Part shown: piece after piece, positions 25,226-37,867 of the stretch
How the letters are laid out: every line of letters begins with the position of its first letter
How positions within the stretch are numbered: the first letter of the stretch is position 1
Assembly: GCF_037042905.1 (NCBI RefSeq)
Contig: NC_087252.1
Location: forward strand, 1,242,001-1,306,000
Source: Lytechinus pictus
Taxonomy: Eukaryota
Reading direction: 5' to 3'
Length of the DNA: 64,000 bases
The notes under the pieces: model-generated
Told to the model about the DNA's origin: nothing
Databases searched by the model: none
Seen by the model: only the letters and a program-made list of their open reading frames with translations
Position numbers and translations under genes: made by a program

Positions 25226-25747
25226 TACACTCCTCCTCCTCCATTAATAGTCAGCGCAAATGCATTCTTTTGTTATTTTTATCTTTTCTCCCAAGTAATA
25301 CCCATTATTCATGAAATATATTTCATGTACTAGTGCTTTCATACATGCCAGTTATAGCGCCAAAATGTGCTGCATTTATATCAATAAACCTGATAATAAA
25401 ATTAAGTGCAAAAAAAACACTGAGCTATTCTCTCCTTGGTTTTTTCAAGTCTAGCGATCGAAATTCCAGGGCAATGTTCATGGCGCATCTTTTGAGCGTT
25501 TTACCCTGATAAACTTGCTCTAAAAAAAATCAGATTCAAAGTTTTCAGTACTTTATAACAAATAGTGATGGAATTTACTAACTATTTTTTGACATTTTTA
25601 TTTGTAAAAAATGTTTACGAGAATGCATTGTACCATCGTGGTTAATTGTCACCATTTATATTGGTATAAAGATTGTTTGAAATATATAACACACTTTTAA
25701 ACCATCATGTTTTATATGGCTTGTATCATGTGTGTGAATGTATATAC

Positions 25748-25997
25748 CAGTAGCGTACACAGGGGGTGGTTACAGAAGTTCACCCCACTTAAATTTTTTA
25801 TACCCAACCCCCCGCCCCTAAAAAAATGTGAAGCGCTTTTTTTTTGTTCGTTTTTTTTTTGCTTGTTATTTTTTTTTTGGTGGGGTAGGAAACGACCTAA
25901 AATTTGTGGTGAAGACCTTTTTTTTGGTTGTCAACATTTCGTTCAGCTTAACCCCCCCCCCCCCCCCTCCCTTTCAAAAATCTTGCGTACGTTACTG
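25748..25997. mobile_element. hAT-like MITE
   Basis: TIR CAGTAGCGTAC / GTACGTTACTG; perfect 8-bp TSD GTATATAC. Confidence 0.85.
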
Positions 25998-26179
25998 GTA
26001 TATACTTTTTCCATCAATTATTTTTACACGAGAAGCGTATACCTATTCATAAAGACAATACATGTACGTCGGTTATTCAAGCAGATGATGCTTCAAGTCA
26101 ACATGTTTAAGTATGGCGGCACTTGAGGTCCAATAATTCATGACATTACAATTACTATATTCATGAGAGCAGACCTGTG

Positions 26180-26272
26180 TAATCCCTTAATTGTGCATGC
26201 GCGTCCGCAAATTAGCATAGCAATTCGAAGTTCGGCTAAAGTCCCGTTAATCCCTTAATCCTCCGTTAATCC
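26180..26272 (+). promoter_or_regulatory. Cluster of four TAATCC (K50 homeodomain-type) sites, candidate enhancer
   Basis: TAATCC at 26180, 26248, 26256 and 26267 in non-repeat sequence about 3.2 kb upstream of the GPR156-like ATG. Confidence 0.4.
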
Positions 26273-28280
26273 CCTTAGTAGATGACCCTAATCAATAAGT
26301 CAAGTTTTAATGGTCATTGTTAACCCCTCATCAATTACCGTTAGTCGGGTCAAACTATTGACCCCTTACCAAGTTTACCCCTTTGTTAGTGTAGTATTAG
26401 TAATTCAGAAGGGTGATTAACGTTGGGCCTAGATCAAATATAATTATACATCGTTGCCAGCTATTAATACAATTATACGTTATATGCCTGGGACTTACAT
26501 GATAAATCCCTGTTATTAACCCTCTCTGGAACAAGATGTTGCAAGTCAATTATCTTGCAATTATACGTATCAAATCAATGATGATTAATAAGGTATCAAT
26601 TAATATGGGGCTTGAATTCGGAAAGGCAAAGCTTACCGTGTTATCAAATTTGGTCGTGATTACATTTCTTTAGATAAAGCTAAAAAGCCAATTTTTTAGG
26701 TTCTTGAAAATGTTCTTAACGTGTATAATATATGATTTATGTTAACAAGGAATATATATATGGTAAGTATTAAGATCTTTATTAAAAAAGGAGGTACTGG
26801 GCACTACCACAAAAACCTTAACAACCTTGTTTAGGCCCCTCCGTTGGCATTATTTTGAGAGAAATAATAACATTAAGATTTTTTTTTTAAAGTTAGTATC
26901 CTTATTGCGATAGAATTATCATCTTTACTGTCTCTTGAATTTTATAAAAATAAAGTAAGCTAACCTTTTTTTCATTTTTCCTCAATTATTGCAAATCGAA
27001 TTGGAATTGCCAACCAACCCATTGCGGTACATAGGTTCATTCGTATTTTAAACAATGTAATGACTTGATTGAAAAACAAATCTGAGGGCGTCACGACATA
27101 GTATGTTAATTTCATTTATTTCTAGTATAGAAGACACCTGTTTTCAATATATCGTAAAACAAGAAAAGTCATATGATATCAATATCGCAAGTCTCCAGAG
27201 TACGAACCTGAATAACATATGGAGTATAAAGGCCTACAATTACATGCCAGTAACCTCTACAGCTCCAAGACAGGTTGTTCACAATAGAATATACATTATA
27301 CGCTTATCTCTCCAATTCACAAGATATAGCCCAATTAATCTTAAATTTCCTTGTAATCTTTACAAATCTTGTCATAAAGGGGGATTCTCCTTGACATGTT
27401 CTAATTCCTAAATTATGGTAGCCTCAAATATGCAAGGGCAAATGTAGAATTGATCTGTATTATGTTAGATAATGATCGCGTCGGCATAAGTCAAAGAGAT
27501 TCCGAGAGATGAGGGGGTAATTCGATGTGACGAAATGATGTCTAATTGTAAAATCAATGAAGATGGCTGCGTTGTATTGTAATGCCCCAGTTACACAAAC
27601 GGTACCGACTGCTAACTATCGGATGGTACGTCGATGATAAATAATGTAATAGCTTTGATCGGTCTGGAGCCGGTTTCGTTGGTGTAACTGAGCATAAATC
27701 GTTTAAAGAGAGTTTTCCACCAGCGATCGACTGGTATACGATGTATTGTGCTAAAGTACATGATTAGGTCGTGACCCGCCCCTTTCTTTCAAATGAGAAT
27801 ATGGCTATGACGTCACTTCTCGTATTGAATTCTTTGAAAATATAAGAAGTGTATTTAATGTATTTAGAGCATCCATCATAAACCAATATACTGTGTAAAG
27901 AATTACATGGTGGTGATTTGACGGCGGTATGTAAAGATTCATTTTATAACTGATTCTGCAGAAAGTTTTTTTTTATAAAAAAAGCCTCACATCGTTCAAG
28001 AAGTCTTAGTTGATTTGTCGAGTTGTCGGAAAAGGTAGGACATTAAGCTAGCAGAAGATTGTGGAGTGTAACTCGGTGAATGAGGAAGGTAATTGACAAG
28101 GATAACGTGGCTATATCCCTGTTGGTAATTAAATGCCCCACAGTGTGTGTACAGTGTGATCACATAGTGGGCTTATGTGTGTATGTGATTAACACTGTGG
28201 ACAGTGTGAGTGTTCACAGTAGGTTTTACATCATGGACAGTGTGTAAATGTGATTTACATTCTTAGAATGCACCATATGG

Positions 28281-28836
28281 CCCGGGGGGCCACTTACATT
28301 GACGAGTGGATACCATGCGCGACCAAAAAAACACGTAAAAAGGATGTCTTTTTCACGATAGGGCACGTTACGTACGTAACGTGATAAGGGTGTCAAAAAC
28401 ACAAAAATAATGAAAAAAGGGTATCTATTTTGCTAGGACAATTACGTGTTTAGGGTCGAATTTGCGGGGATGATAAAACAAAATTAAAATGTTTTATAAA
28501 GGATGTCCTTTTTGCCCCAACACTTCGTGTTTAGAGTCCAATTTGCGCGAGGTGTAGAAGGTGGGGTCGTTCTAAACCAAATAAGGTAAAGCCGACGACA
28601 GAAGGACCCGTAACAATAAAATATTCCTGTATTTGTTTAGGGGTTCATTTCAGGGAATATTTGCCAAGAGTATCGTTTTGTTTCCAATACTTGTTAAGGG
28701 TAGGGTTTCGCACGCCAATACTTGTTAAGGGGTGCATTTTCAGAATATGGAAATTACGTGTTTAGGGTGCTTTTCGAGACCCCATGGTCGCGCATGGTAT
28801 CCACTCGTGAATGGAAGTGCCCCCCCCCCCCCCGGG
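28281..28836. mobile_element. Non-autonomous TIR element with CCCGGG termini
   Basis: About 45-bp TIR CCCGGGGGGCCACTTACATTGACGAGTGGATACCATGCGCGACCA and its reverse complement; interrupts a CACAGTGTG-rich repeat. Confidence 0.8.
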
Positions 28837-29469
28837 CCGCATTTCACAGTGTGAAGACAACTTCATACTGCGGACACCTCGATAGTGTGGACACTTAATC
28901 TGACATGTGATTTTACACTTAAGATGCTCAAATTAAACAGTGCAAAGACATTTATTTTACACTGTATACACTGTATACATCAGTGTAAAAAAGATCACAG
29001 AGTGTTCACATAGAGGACTACGTGCAATTGTGATTAACACTTTTAAACCTTCTCAAACTGAACAGTGAGGAGATAATGTCACACTATGGACCACAGCAGT
29101 GTGTATGCTCACAGTATGTGCATACATTATGGACTGTCCGTGAATAACAATGTAAAAAAAAATTGAGATAATTTCACACTGCGGGACAATGTTCTTTCTT
29201 CATGTTGCAGGAGGGATATGTCTATGCCATATGTTCTTGTTGTATATTATCATCTGATTGAAAATTTATCCTTTTTATACCTCCTCTCAATAAAGGATTA
29301 TTTCAGGGCGAAAAAGAAAACATTTGTATTCCATTTTGAATTGGAATACAATCCCTCTAGCTTAAAACATTCTAAATTCGACTTATCGATCTCATTCTAA
29401 TCATATGTTCATGGAAAATTACAAGATTAATATATTCATTTGTACGCATCTTCATATCTCCAACAGGAA

Positions 29470-29717
29470 ATGAGCGCCAACATTTCGCATAGCAACGGGA
29501 CATCGAGATCCCCAACCCTTCACTTCATCACAACAACGCCAACCGTTGCCATGGGAACGGAGGAGGAGGGGATGATGGATGGGGTCCACGATGAGACGTC
29601 TTATCGATTTCGTACCATCTCACCGGTGCTCTTCGGATGTGCTTGTGTGTTGACATTGTTAGGTCTGGTGCTATCTACCGTATTTCTCGTCTTCAATATC
29701 AGATATCGAAATCATAG
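29470..29717 (+). CDS. GPR156: GPR156-like class C GPCR, coding exon 1 (short ectodomain and TM1)
   Basis: Acceptor CAG at 29464-29466, ATG 29470, MSANIS...RTISPVLFGCACVLTLLGLVLSTVFLVFNIRYRNH, donor AG|GTAAGG (phase 2). Confidence 0.85.
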
Positions 29718-29853
29718 GTAAGGTGGCCTCTAGTTTATTTCCATGATAATTAATTTGAAAAGAAAAAATCGAAATGATTATCATAATCTTAATTAAGGTA
29801 TGCGAAATCGTACCTCCATATATATATTGATTTAAGAATCATACTTGTGTTAA

Positions 29854-30428
29854 AGGGGAATGAAACACTTGGTAAAATTGGGCTTGTTTGGAAAGAGAAA
29901 AAATAAAGAATAAGATCGGAGAAAGTTCGAAAAAAATCAGACAGTTAATGAGAAAGTTATAAGCATTTGAATATTGCGTTCACTAATGCTACATGGAGAT
30001 CCTCCTATTGGAAATACGACAAATATGTGTGATATCACACGTGAACAACTTTCCCTTCGACTATAAATACCCTCCGATTTTCTCTTTTGCTCTCTCTTAT
30101 GGTGATAAAAACTCTTTTTCCATGATATACTCTTTGAAAATCTGCATTTACAAGCTCTCCCAATAGAATTCAAGATCTACTGAGGTTATAAAAAAAAGGC
30201 ATTTTAAGTGAAATATATAGAAAAGTAATGGGAAAGTTGTTCACTTGTGACATCACACACACATCTTTGTTGCATTGCCATGGGATGATCTACATTGCAA
30301 CAATGATCTAAACTTCAACTGCTAACTTTCTTATTATTCGTTCATTTTTCCCCAAACTTTCGTTAATCTGTTTCTTTGATTTTTCTGTTTTCATACAAGC
30401 TATCTTGTTTCAAAGGTTTCATCTTCCT
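29854..30428. mobile_element. Non-autonomous TIR element with TTAA duplication (Kolobok-like), intronic
   Basis: TTAA|AGGGGAATGAAAC...GTTTCATCTTCCT|TTAA with long imperfect internal inverted symmetry. Confidence 0.7.
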
Positions 30429-31149
30429 TTAAGTATCCAATATGGGTTATCGAAATCATAATCAACGGTGGCCTCAAGTCTATTTAAACGATAATTGATT
30501 TGAAAAAAATGTCGATTATTATTATCATGACTCTGAAAAAAGTGTAAAAATCGTATATGATGTGTTATTTATTGCACTATTATCGAATACAATAATGTTG
30601 CTATTTTTACTCTTTAATATCAGATATCGAAAGAATAGGCAAGGTAGCCTCAAGATTATTTCCACGATAATTAATTTGAAAAGAAAAAAAATCGAACGTG
30701 ATTATCATATTTTCAACATATGTATAAAAGTCGTATCTGATAGGGGCTTACTTATGGCACCATAATGCCGATGAGCGCGAGACTCACATTGCCATTGTTG
30801 TGCTGAACACAAGCAGATGCGAAGATAAGAAGTTAATTATTATTCTACAGTTACATGATATATTTATACGAATTCGACTCCAGACCGATGGAAGCTATGA
30901 CATTTCTTCAGGTGGCATCCAGATAATCTGTCAGATTTGAGCCTGTTTTGTTCGTCTGACTCTAGCTGGAGCATGATAAGAATAATCTTCAATAATTGTA
31001 CTGATGTTAAAGTTATTGTTCAAAATGACACACTGTGGAAGCTTGTACAGTAGGCCTGATAATGTTAAGAGTGTGTTAACAAGGTGTGACATTGTAATTA
31101 ACATTTCTTACATCTCACATTTGACGGTGTGAAGGTGATTCCATACTGA

Positions 31150-31607
31150 ACATCCTTTGAACATATTGTGAACATACTATAAACGCACAGTGAATTCAAT
31201 GAATACACACGTTGAACACAGTGTGAACACAACAGAACACACTCTGAACACACTGTGAACATACCCTGAACACACTGTGAGCACACTGTAAACACACTGT
31301 GAACACACTGTGAGCACACATTTAACACACCTAGAACACACTCTAAACACACTCGGAACATACTGTGAACACACTCTGAACACACTTTGAAGAGTGTGTT
31401 CACAGTGTGTTCAGACTCTGAACACACACAGAACACAATTTTAACACACTCGGAACACACTATGAACACGCTGTAAACACACACTAAACACACTCTGAAC
31501 ACACTGTAAATACACTCTGAACACACTGTGAGCACACTGTGAACACACTGTGAACACACTGTGAACACACCGTTAACTTACTGTGGAACACACTGTTATT
31601 TCCAGCA
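31150..31607. repeat. Diverged arm of the 11-bp-repeat foldback family
   Basis: GAACACACTGT-type units ending in ACACACTGTTATTTCCAGCA, matching the terminus of 3447-4401. Confidence 0.75.
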
Positions 31608-31682
31608 AATCTGTACGTCAGTGTAATGCAGAGAACCGTTTCGATTATTAATGGGATGCATTTCTTCTTTATTTTTCAATAG

Positions 31683-31815
31683 GTTAATAAAAATGTCAAG
31701 CCCTAATTTGAACATACTGATTGTGCTTGGCACCATTCTCATCTACGCATGCGTGATCCTCCTAGGAATCGACAGTAATACGTCATCACTAGAAACCTTA
31801 ACAGCACTCTGCAAG
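31683..31815 (+). CDS. GPR156: GPR156-like coding exon 2 (ICL1, TM2)
   Basis: (R)LIKMSSPNLNILIVLGTILIYACVILLGID...LCK; KMSSPNLN is the GABA-B/GPR156 signature; AG/GT boundaries in phase. Confidence 0.92.
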
Positions 31816-32154
31816 GTATATTATGTACTTTTCAAACTTTCTCCCAATAGGGATCTTAAACATAATTTTACTATATTTATATTCGCGTAATGGAATTATA
31901 TTAAGCCCTTAAAGCTCAGGCATACGACACGATTTTTAGGATTATAACATTAAACTAGTTTTGAATAAAACTTTTGATTACTTTCCTACTAAGAACTTGG
32001 TACTTCTGTAAGAAATGTCCTGTCCGTGTCTCCAAAGTTGCCACATTCACCCCAGACTGACCACGTTATTCCAACGGCATACGACCGATCTGTGTAAAGT
32101 TAGTTTGACTGAGCATTCTTTGCATTAATATATTATCTATGCATTAATTTTCAG

Positions 32155-32262
32155 ACACGTTTGTTCCTGCTCATGTGCGGTTTCACGTTAGTCTACGGGT
32201 CTCTCTTCACCAAGTCTTGGCGGGTATATAGAATATTTGGACACACTGGTGCAAAACGGATG
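32155..32262 (+). CDS. GPR156: GPR156-like coding exon 3 (TM3), absent from the ORF track
   Basis: TTTTCAG|ACA; TRLFLLMCGFTLVYGSLFTKSWRVYRIFGHTGAKRM; ATG|GTAAGA; KxWRVYxIF motif. Confidence 0.92.
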
Positions 32263-32976
32263 GTAAGATTGAAGGACACTCAATTCGAGAGACAGTGATT
32301 TTATCCAGTAGCGGAACTGGCTTTTTTTTTTTAATAAAAGGGCGATTTGACCAAATATTTTGAGTTTTGGTTTCTTCTCTTTAACGTAGGTGCTACGTAC
32401 TGCGTCTTAACACCCCCCCCCCCTCTTGTAGATCCACCACTGCAATGACACCAGTTTTAACACTGGCATAAATTGTTAGTGCGGTCCTCTTACACATCAC
32501 CGACTGCTGTTGTGTGAGCATCATAGCCCTGTTTTACAGTATATTTAACTCACTCAGTTAGAACACACTCTAAAAATGAAATGTTAAATCAACATTTGAA
32601 AGGTAGGAGGAGTGACAGTCTTTCATAAAAGTTGCATTTACCACTTTAAATGGTTCTACCAAAATTAAAATACAAGGTTGGGTATAACATTTGGAAAAGG
32701 TTGTTTCTCCTCCAACCTTTTAAATGTTGATTTAACATTTTATTTCATAGAGTGCTTGAGACGTTAAACTTCTCGAGCAGGTGTAAGCTTTGTATCTTGA
32801 ACAAATACGCACAGGCTATTTTCCATCTCTCTTTGAACTCTATAAGCCTCATATCTCTGAATCCTTGAGCATTTTTGCTTTCAACTTATTAAACTTCAAG
32901 TTATATAGATAAAGAATTGACCTTCTAATTTATAGAGCAAACCCCTTTTCTTGATTTTTCTTGAATACCCTTGCAG

Positions 32977-33105
32977 GTGATACGAGATAATAAACTAATC
33001 GGAATAATAGCTTGTTTACTTCTTGTCGATTCTCTTATCATGGCAATATGGCTGATCTTCGATCCCCCACAATGCCAGGTGAAAGTACTTCCGGTGACGT
33101 CGCAG
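32977..33105 (+). CDS. GPR156: GPR156-like coding exon 4 (TM4), absent from the ORF track
   Basis: TTGCAG|GTG; VIRDNKLIGIIACLLLVDSLIMAIWLIFDPPQCQVKVLPVTSQ; CAG|GTAGGC; WxxxDP motif. Confidence 0.9.
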
Positions 33106-33715
33106 GTAGGCATTCAGATAATGAATTGAGACCAACTCGAAGTATTGATGACTAAATAAATAAATTAAATAAATAAATGCAGATTGCAGACGTTTGCGGA
33201 GATCGATGCCCAAGGTCAATCCAGAAATGCGGATTTGTTTTTCATTTTGTTATCATACTTCATATCTACCATAGATAACAAACATGCAGATAGACTGTAT
33301 ATCTAATAATGCCCAGTTATAATTTACTATTTGTATGGAGATACACGACTTTGAGAAGGAGTTAAACTGATCTGGTGGCCTCCTTACTCTCATTAATTTC
33401 CAGATTTAGAAGTTATTAATTTCATTCAGAGATTGAATGATATTTCCATCTCGTGTGCGTTCAGTATTAGAAGCTAATTTTTGTATGTAGGTCGTGATTG
33501 ATCTGCCTTCAACAGTTAAGTCAGTGTTTAATACCAATTACGTGTAATTTAGTATTTTATCGAAATGCACTCCAACGTTGAGTAAAGAAATCATAGAAAT
33601 GGAGCATTTTTTAATCATTTCGGGTGCTCGCTTTGCACAATTAATACTTTATTACAATTTTTGAAATGATGATAAAAAAATTGTATGACATTCCTGCTGT
33701 TATCATCCTCTGTAG

Positions 33716-34081
33716 AAAGCAACAACTCAATCAACTGAAAATCCCTTGACAACGCCACAAACCACGCCCACATGGAGGGGTGCGGTCTACGTATGCCACT
33801 CCCATTATCATGAAATCTGGCTGCTTGTCATCTACGTTTATAAATGCATCATTCTCCTCTACGGCACTCATCTTTCATGGGCAACTAGAAATGTCGCCCT
33901 CAGCGCCATGAACGATGCAAGATGTATCATCATCTCTGTGTATACCTGTGTCGTTCTGGTTTCGATGGCAACGGCTCTATCGTCGACGATGTGGCGGTGG
34001 CCCAACGTGTGGTACTCTTGTCTGGCCTTGGTCTTGCTTCTCTGTACGACAGAAGTCCTGGTCTTGGTTCATCTTCCAAAG
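33716..34081 (+). CDS. GPR156: GPR156-like coding exon 5 (ECL2, TM5-TM7)
   Basis: CTGTAG|AAA; ...CHSHYHEIWLLVIYVYKCIILLYGTHLSWATRNVALSAMNDA...VHLPK; AAG|GTAGGC. Confidence 0.92.
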
Positions 34082-34411
34082 GTAGGCTACTTATCAAAGC
34101 AACATTGATTGAATTATATTATATGGGTGAGGATGTTTTTTTTTTCTTTTCCCAAAATATGCGCATTCGACCAGAAACCAGTGTTATCCAATAAAGGTGT
34201 GGATGATATTTTGATATTTTGTCTTTTTGGTCTTTCTGCTCCCCTTTTGGGGGGGCGGGGGTTATTTTTTTTCTTAATTTTTAAAAATAAAAGTTGACAG
34301 GTTCGGTTCAGTCAGGTTATGGTAAACAAACTTTCCCCTCTCTCTCTCTCTTCTCTCTTGGCCTACTATAGAGGTAACCCATCTCTTGAATTATACTCTC
34401 TTTGTATCCAG

Positions 34412-34573
34412 ATACTTGCATGGAAGGATAACCCAGATGCCACGATGCCGTTGTCAAGGACGCTTACATCGTCATACATAGCAACCAATCACGGTCAATC
34501 ATTCAATCAAGTAGAAGAGGAGTTATTTCTCTTATCTGCGGAGAATGCAGCTTTAAAACGGTCGCTTGGCGAG
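34412..34573 (+). CDS. GPR156: GPR156-like coding exon 6 (start of C-terminal coiled coil)
   Basis: ATCCAG|ATA; ILAWKDNPDA...EEELFLLSAENAALKRSLGE; GAG|GTGAGA. Confidence 0.88.
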
Positions 34574-34588
34574 GTGAGAGCCGTTCGT

Positions 34589-34724
34589 TAATAATAATGA
34601 TAGTAATAATAATGATAATAATAATGATGATAATAATAATAATAATGATAATAATAATAATAATAACAATAATAATAATAACAATAATAATAATAACAAT
34701 AATAACAATAATAATAATAATAAT
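34589..34724. repeat. (TAA)n microsatellite at the 5' junction of the retrotransposon
   Basis: TAA/TGA/CAA array directly abutting the RT ORF. Confidence 0.95.
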
Positions 34725-36846
34725 ATGTATAAGCTGCTGACATCAACGCTTGCCATGCACATCGAACGACACATCGATGATCATGACATAATGGAGGTCA
34801 CTCAGAAAGGTTGTCGGAAAGGAAAGAAGGGTTGTAAAGATCACCTAATGACAAACAAAGCAATAATCGGTAATGCTCGCCAAAGACAGACCAATCTATC
34901 CATGGCTTGGATAGACTACAGGAAGGCATTTGACAGCGTACCACCTAGTTGGATCATCAAAGTTCTAGAGATGTATCACATCAATCCACAAATAGTCAAG
35001 TGCATATCAGCAGGTATGAAACAATGGAGCACTACTCTTTCGCTTACAATAGGCACCCGTTCGATGACAGTGGAGGGGGTCCGAATCAAGAGAGGAATAT
35101 TTCAAGGAGATTCCTTATCTCCTCTTTTATTCTGCTTAGCTCTCAATCCAGTATGCTCTCTCTTACACGCTACGAGTTATGGCTACAGATACAAAGGGCA
35201 AGATGTATCTACGACAATAAACCATCTGATATATATGGATGATATCAAACTCTTTGCAAAAAATGACGATGAACTTCACAAGATGATAGCAGTAGTTAAA
35301 CATTTCAGCGATGACATCAAGATGTCGTTTGGTATAGACAAGTGTGCCAAAGTTACACTTGTACGAGGAAGGAGGGTAAATACAGGCGACATGTCTGTGC
35401 AAGATGAGGAAACATCAATCAAGGAACTGACTAATGATTCGACATATAAATATCTAGGCATAGCTGAGAACGATGTCATTAGCCATAACACAATGAAGGA
35501 GAAGGCAACATCAGAATACAAAAGAAGACTCAGGCTGATCCTCAAATCCGAACTGAATGCCAAAAATAAGATTGAAGCGATCAACACTCTAGCCATTCCT
35601 GTGCTTAGATACAGTTTTGGTATTGTTAACTGGAGACTAGCTGATATATGTGGCCTAGATGTTATGACCAGAAAGCAATTAACGATGCACAGATTACATC
35701 ACCCAAAGGCCGCAATCGAAAGGTTGTACCTTCCCCGTGATCTTGGAGGAAGAGGTCTACAACAAATTGAGATGGTCTGGAATATGGAAGCAACGAACCT
35801 CGCCAACTACCTATCCAATCCACCTGATATACTGACGAGTATATCCCTCGATTATGATAAATGTCAAGCAATATACTCCATTAACAAGCAAGCATCTATC
35901 TTATTGGCACAACATCGACTGACACTACCCTACGGTGAAAAAGAGAAGGCAAGACTTAAATGCTCCTTTCACAAGAAACTTCAAGAGCAACTTAAATCCA
36001 AGCGACTTCATGGCCACCATGAAAAACAGACGCATCGGGAGTTCGTAGACCAGAAAGACACACATCAATGGCTTAAGTCGGCGGGACTAAGAGGTGAAAC
36101 TGAAGGGTTCGTCTATGCTATTCAGGACCAGGTGGTGAGGACCCGTGCCTACGAAAAATCTATCCTCAGAAGAGACACAGACGACACTTGCAGGATGTGT
36201 GGAAAAGAGACCGAAACAATCATGCATTTGGTATCAGCATGTTCGACTCTTGCTGGAACTGAGTACATCACAAGACATGACAATATTGCCAAAGTTATCC
36301 ATTGGCAACTACTGAAGGATCGCGGTAAAATGACTTGTGATCACGCTTGGGAACATCAGCCACAAACGATCACCACGATCAATAACAGCACCATATATTG
36401 GAACTGTGGCATACTAACGGATAGAACCATCCACTGCAACAAGCCGGACATCATCGTCAGAGACAACAACGTAGTAAATATCATTGAGGTCTCTGTTCCC
36501 CATGATATCAACATTGCTGTAAAGGAAAGAGACAAACGGCTCAAGTATCAAGACCTAAGGATTGAGATCGAGAGGATGTGGAACGTGAAAGCAGAGGTCA
36601 CACCAGTCATCATTGGTCACTCAGGAATGGTGAAGAAGGGAATGGAAGCCTGCATAACCAAGATCTCTCCTCACCTTCGGATGTACGACATTCAGAAGGC
36701 AGCTATCTTGGGTACAACCAGATTGATAAGAAAGACTCTCGGACATTAGTAGTGTAAAGTTCCTAGTTGCACTTGAAATTACTTGGTGCTTTTTGTTAGA
36801 GCAAAGTTATTCAAGAAAAAAATACGGACTTGATCCTGTTTAGAGG
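34725..36846 (+). mobile_element. 5'-truncated R4/Dong-type non-LTR retrotransposon (RT, CCHC knuckle, restriction-like endonuclease); ORF 34725-36749
   Basis: 674 uninterrupted codons: WIDYRKAFDSV, GIFQGDSLSPLLF, YMDD, YKYLG, CRMC-x8-H-x4-C, RHD, KPDII...IEVSVP...KY; about 100-nt 3' UTR then TAA repeats. Confidence 0.9.
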
Positions 36847-37046
36847 AATAATAATAGTAATAATAATAATAAGCGATTATATAGCGCTATCTACATGAAT
36901 CTAGAAATTATCTATTCCGAGCCGCATTATGTATTATTATCATTATTACCCCAGCTTTAGCTCCAGCTGCGTCCAGGTGCTCAGCACATGAAGGAATTAA
37001 TCCTGCTGGGTACCCATTCACCTCACCTGGGTTGAGCGCAGCACAA
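36847..37046 (-). mobile_element. 3' half of tRNA-derived SINE whose (TTA)n tail hosts the Dong-type element
   Basis: GGTACCCATTCACCTCACCTGGGTTGAG is the reverse complement of the SINE core at about 8220-8250; tail points toward the TAA array. Confidence 0.75.
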
Positions 37047-37283
37047 TAATTACAATGATTTTACATAACCTGTATAGTGACACATAATAATCGAACGATT
37101 TCTGATCTATCTACATTGCGAGACTATCACTGTCGCAAAATGCACCGTGTCACACCTGCGCACATGTGAAGATGTGCTCCACACTGTTAAACTGCCACAG
37201 TTCGACACTGTTGACACCTATACGCTGAGTGTTCACAGTGTGTTCACATAGCGACCTATTTGAAGATGTGATTCAAACTATTA

Positions 37284-37596
37284 GGCCCGTATTCTGAAGT
37301 CAGGTATAACTTAGACCAACTTGGTCTAACTCTGTGCTAAAATTATGGGAAGCCAAAAGTGTCAATTTTTTATTAAGTCGTATGTTTCTTATGTTTACTG
37401 TGCTCTTTCTTGATTCATCGATGGTGAAGACAATCATCTATTTATACTTCCTAGACAATTATGAATGATTTGAGAGCCAAATGAGCTGAAATATTATATC
37501 TCTACTGCTAGTGACTTATGTAACAATTGGCTATACATACTTAAACCACAACTTTAAACCTGAGTTTAAGTTACACCCGATTTCAGAATACGGGCC
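37284..37596. mobile_element. PIF/Harbinger-like MITE
   Basis: TTA|GGCCCGTATTCTGAA...TTCAGAATACGGGCC|TTA. Confidence 0.85.
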
Positions 37597-37867
37597 TTAA
37601 AGTGCTAAAATTCAACACTATGGATACCATACAGTGTGATTGTTCATAGTGTGGTCACATTGTGGTCCATGTTAAAATTTGATACACACTGCTCCAATTG
37701 CAAAAAAGTCAACAGTATGATGATCATGTTACACTTGTTCCATTCTGTGGGACAATGTGTCCTTGTTAGTGGGAATTAAGTTAATTCACCCCTTTATAAA
37801 TTAAGTTCCATGATGAATATATCCTTGGCCTGACATTATCAAATTGTCGATTTTTTTCGCTTTACAG

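Noticed and set aside
31098..31568. Cys/Val-rich 156-aa ORF resembling a metallothionein or keratin-associated protein
   Set aside because: Translation of the 11-bp repeat array inside an intron.
29470..34081. GABA-B receptor subunit call
   Set aside because: No Venus-flytrap exons seen upstream; the short ectodomain and coiled-coil sequence fit GPR156 better.
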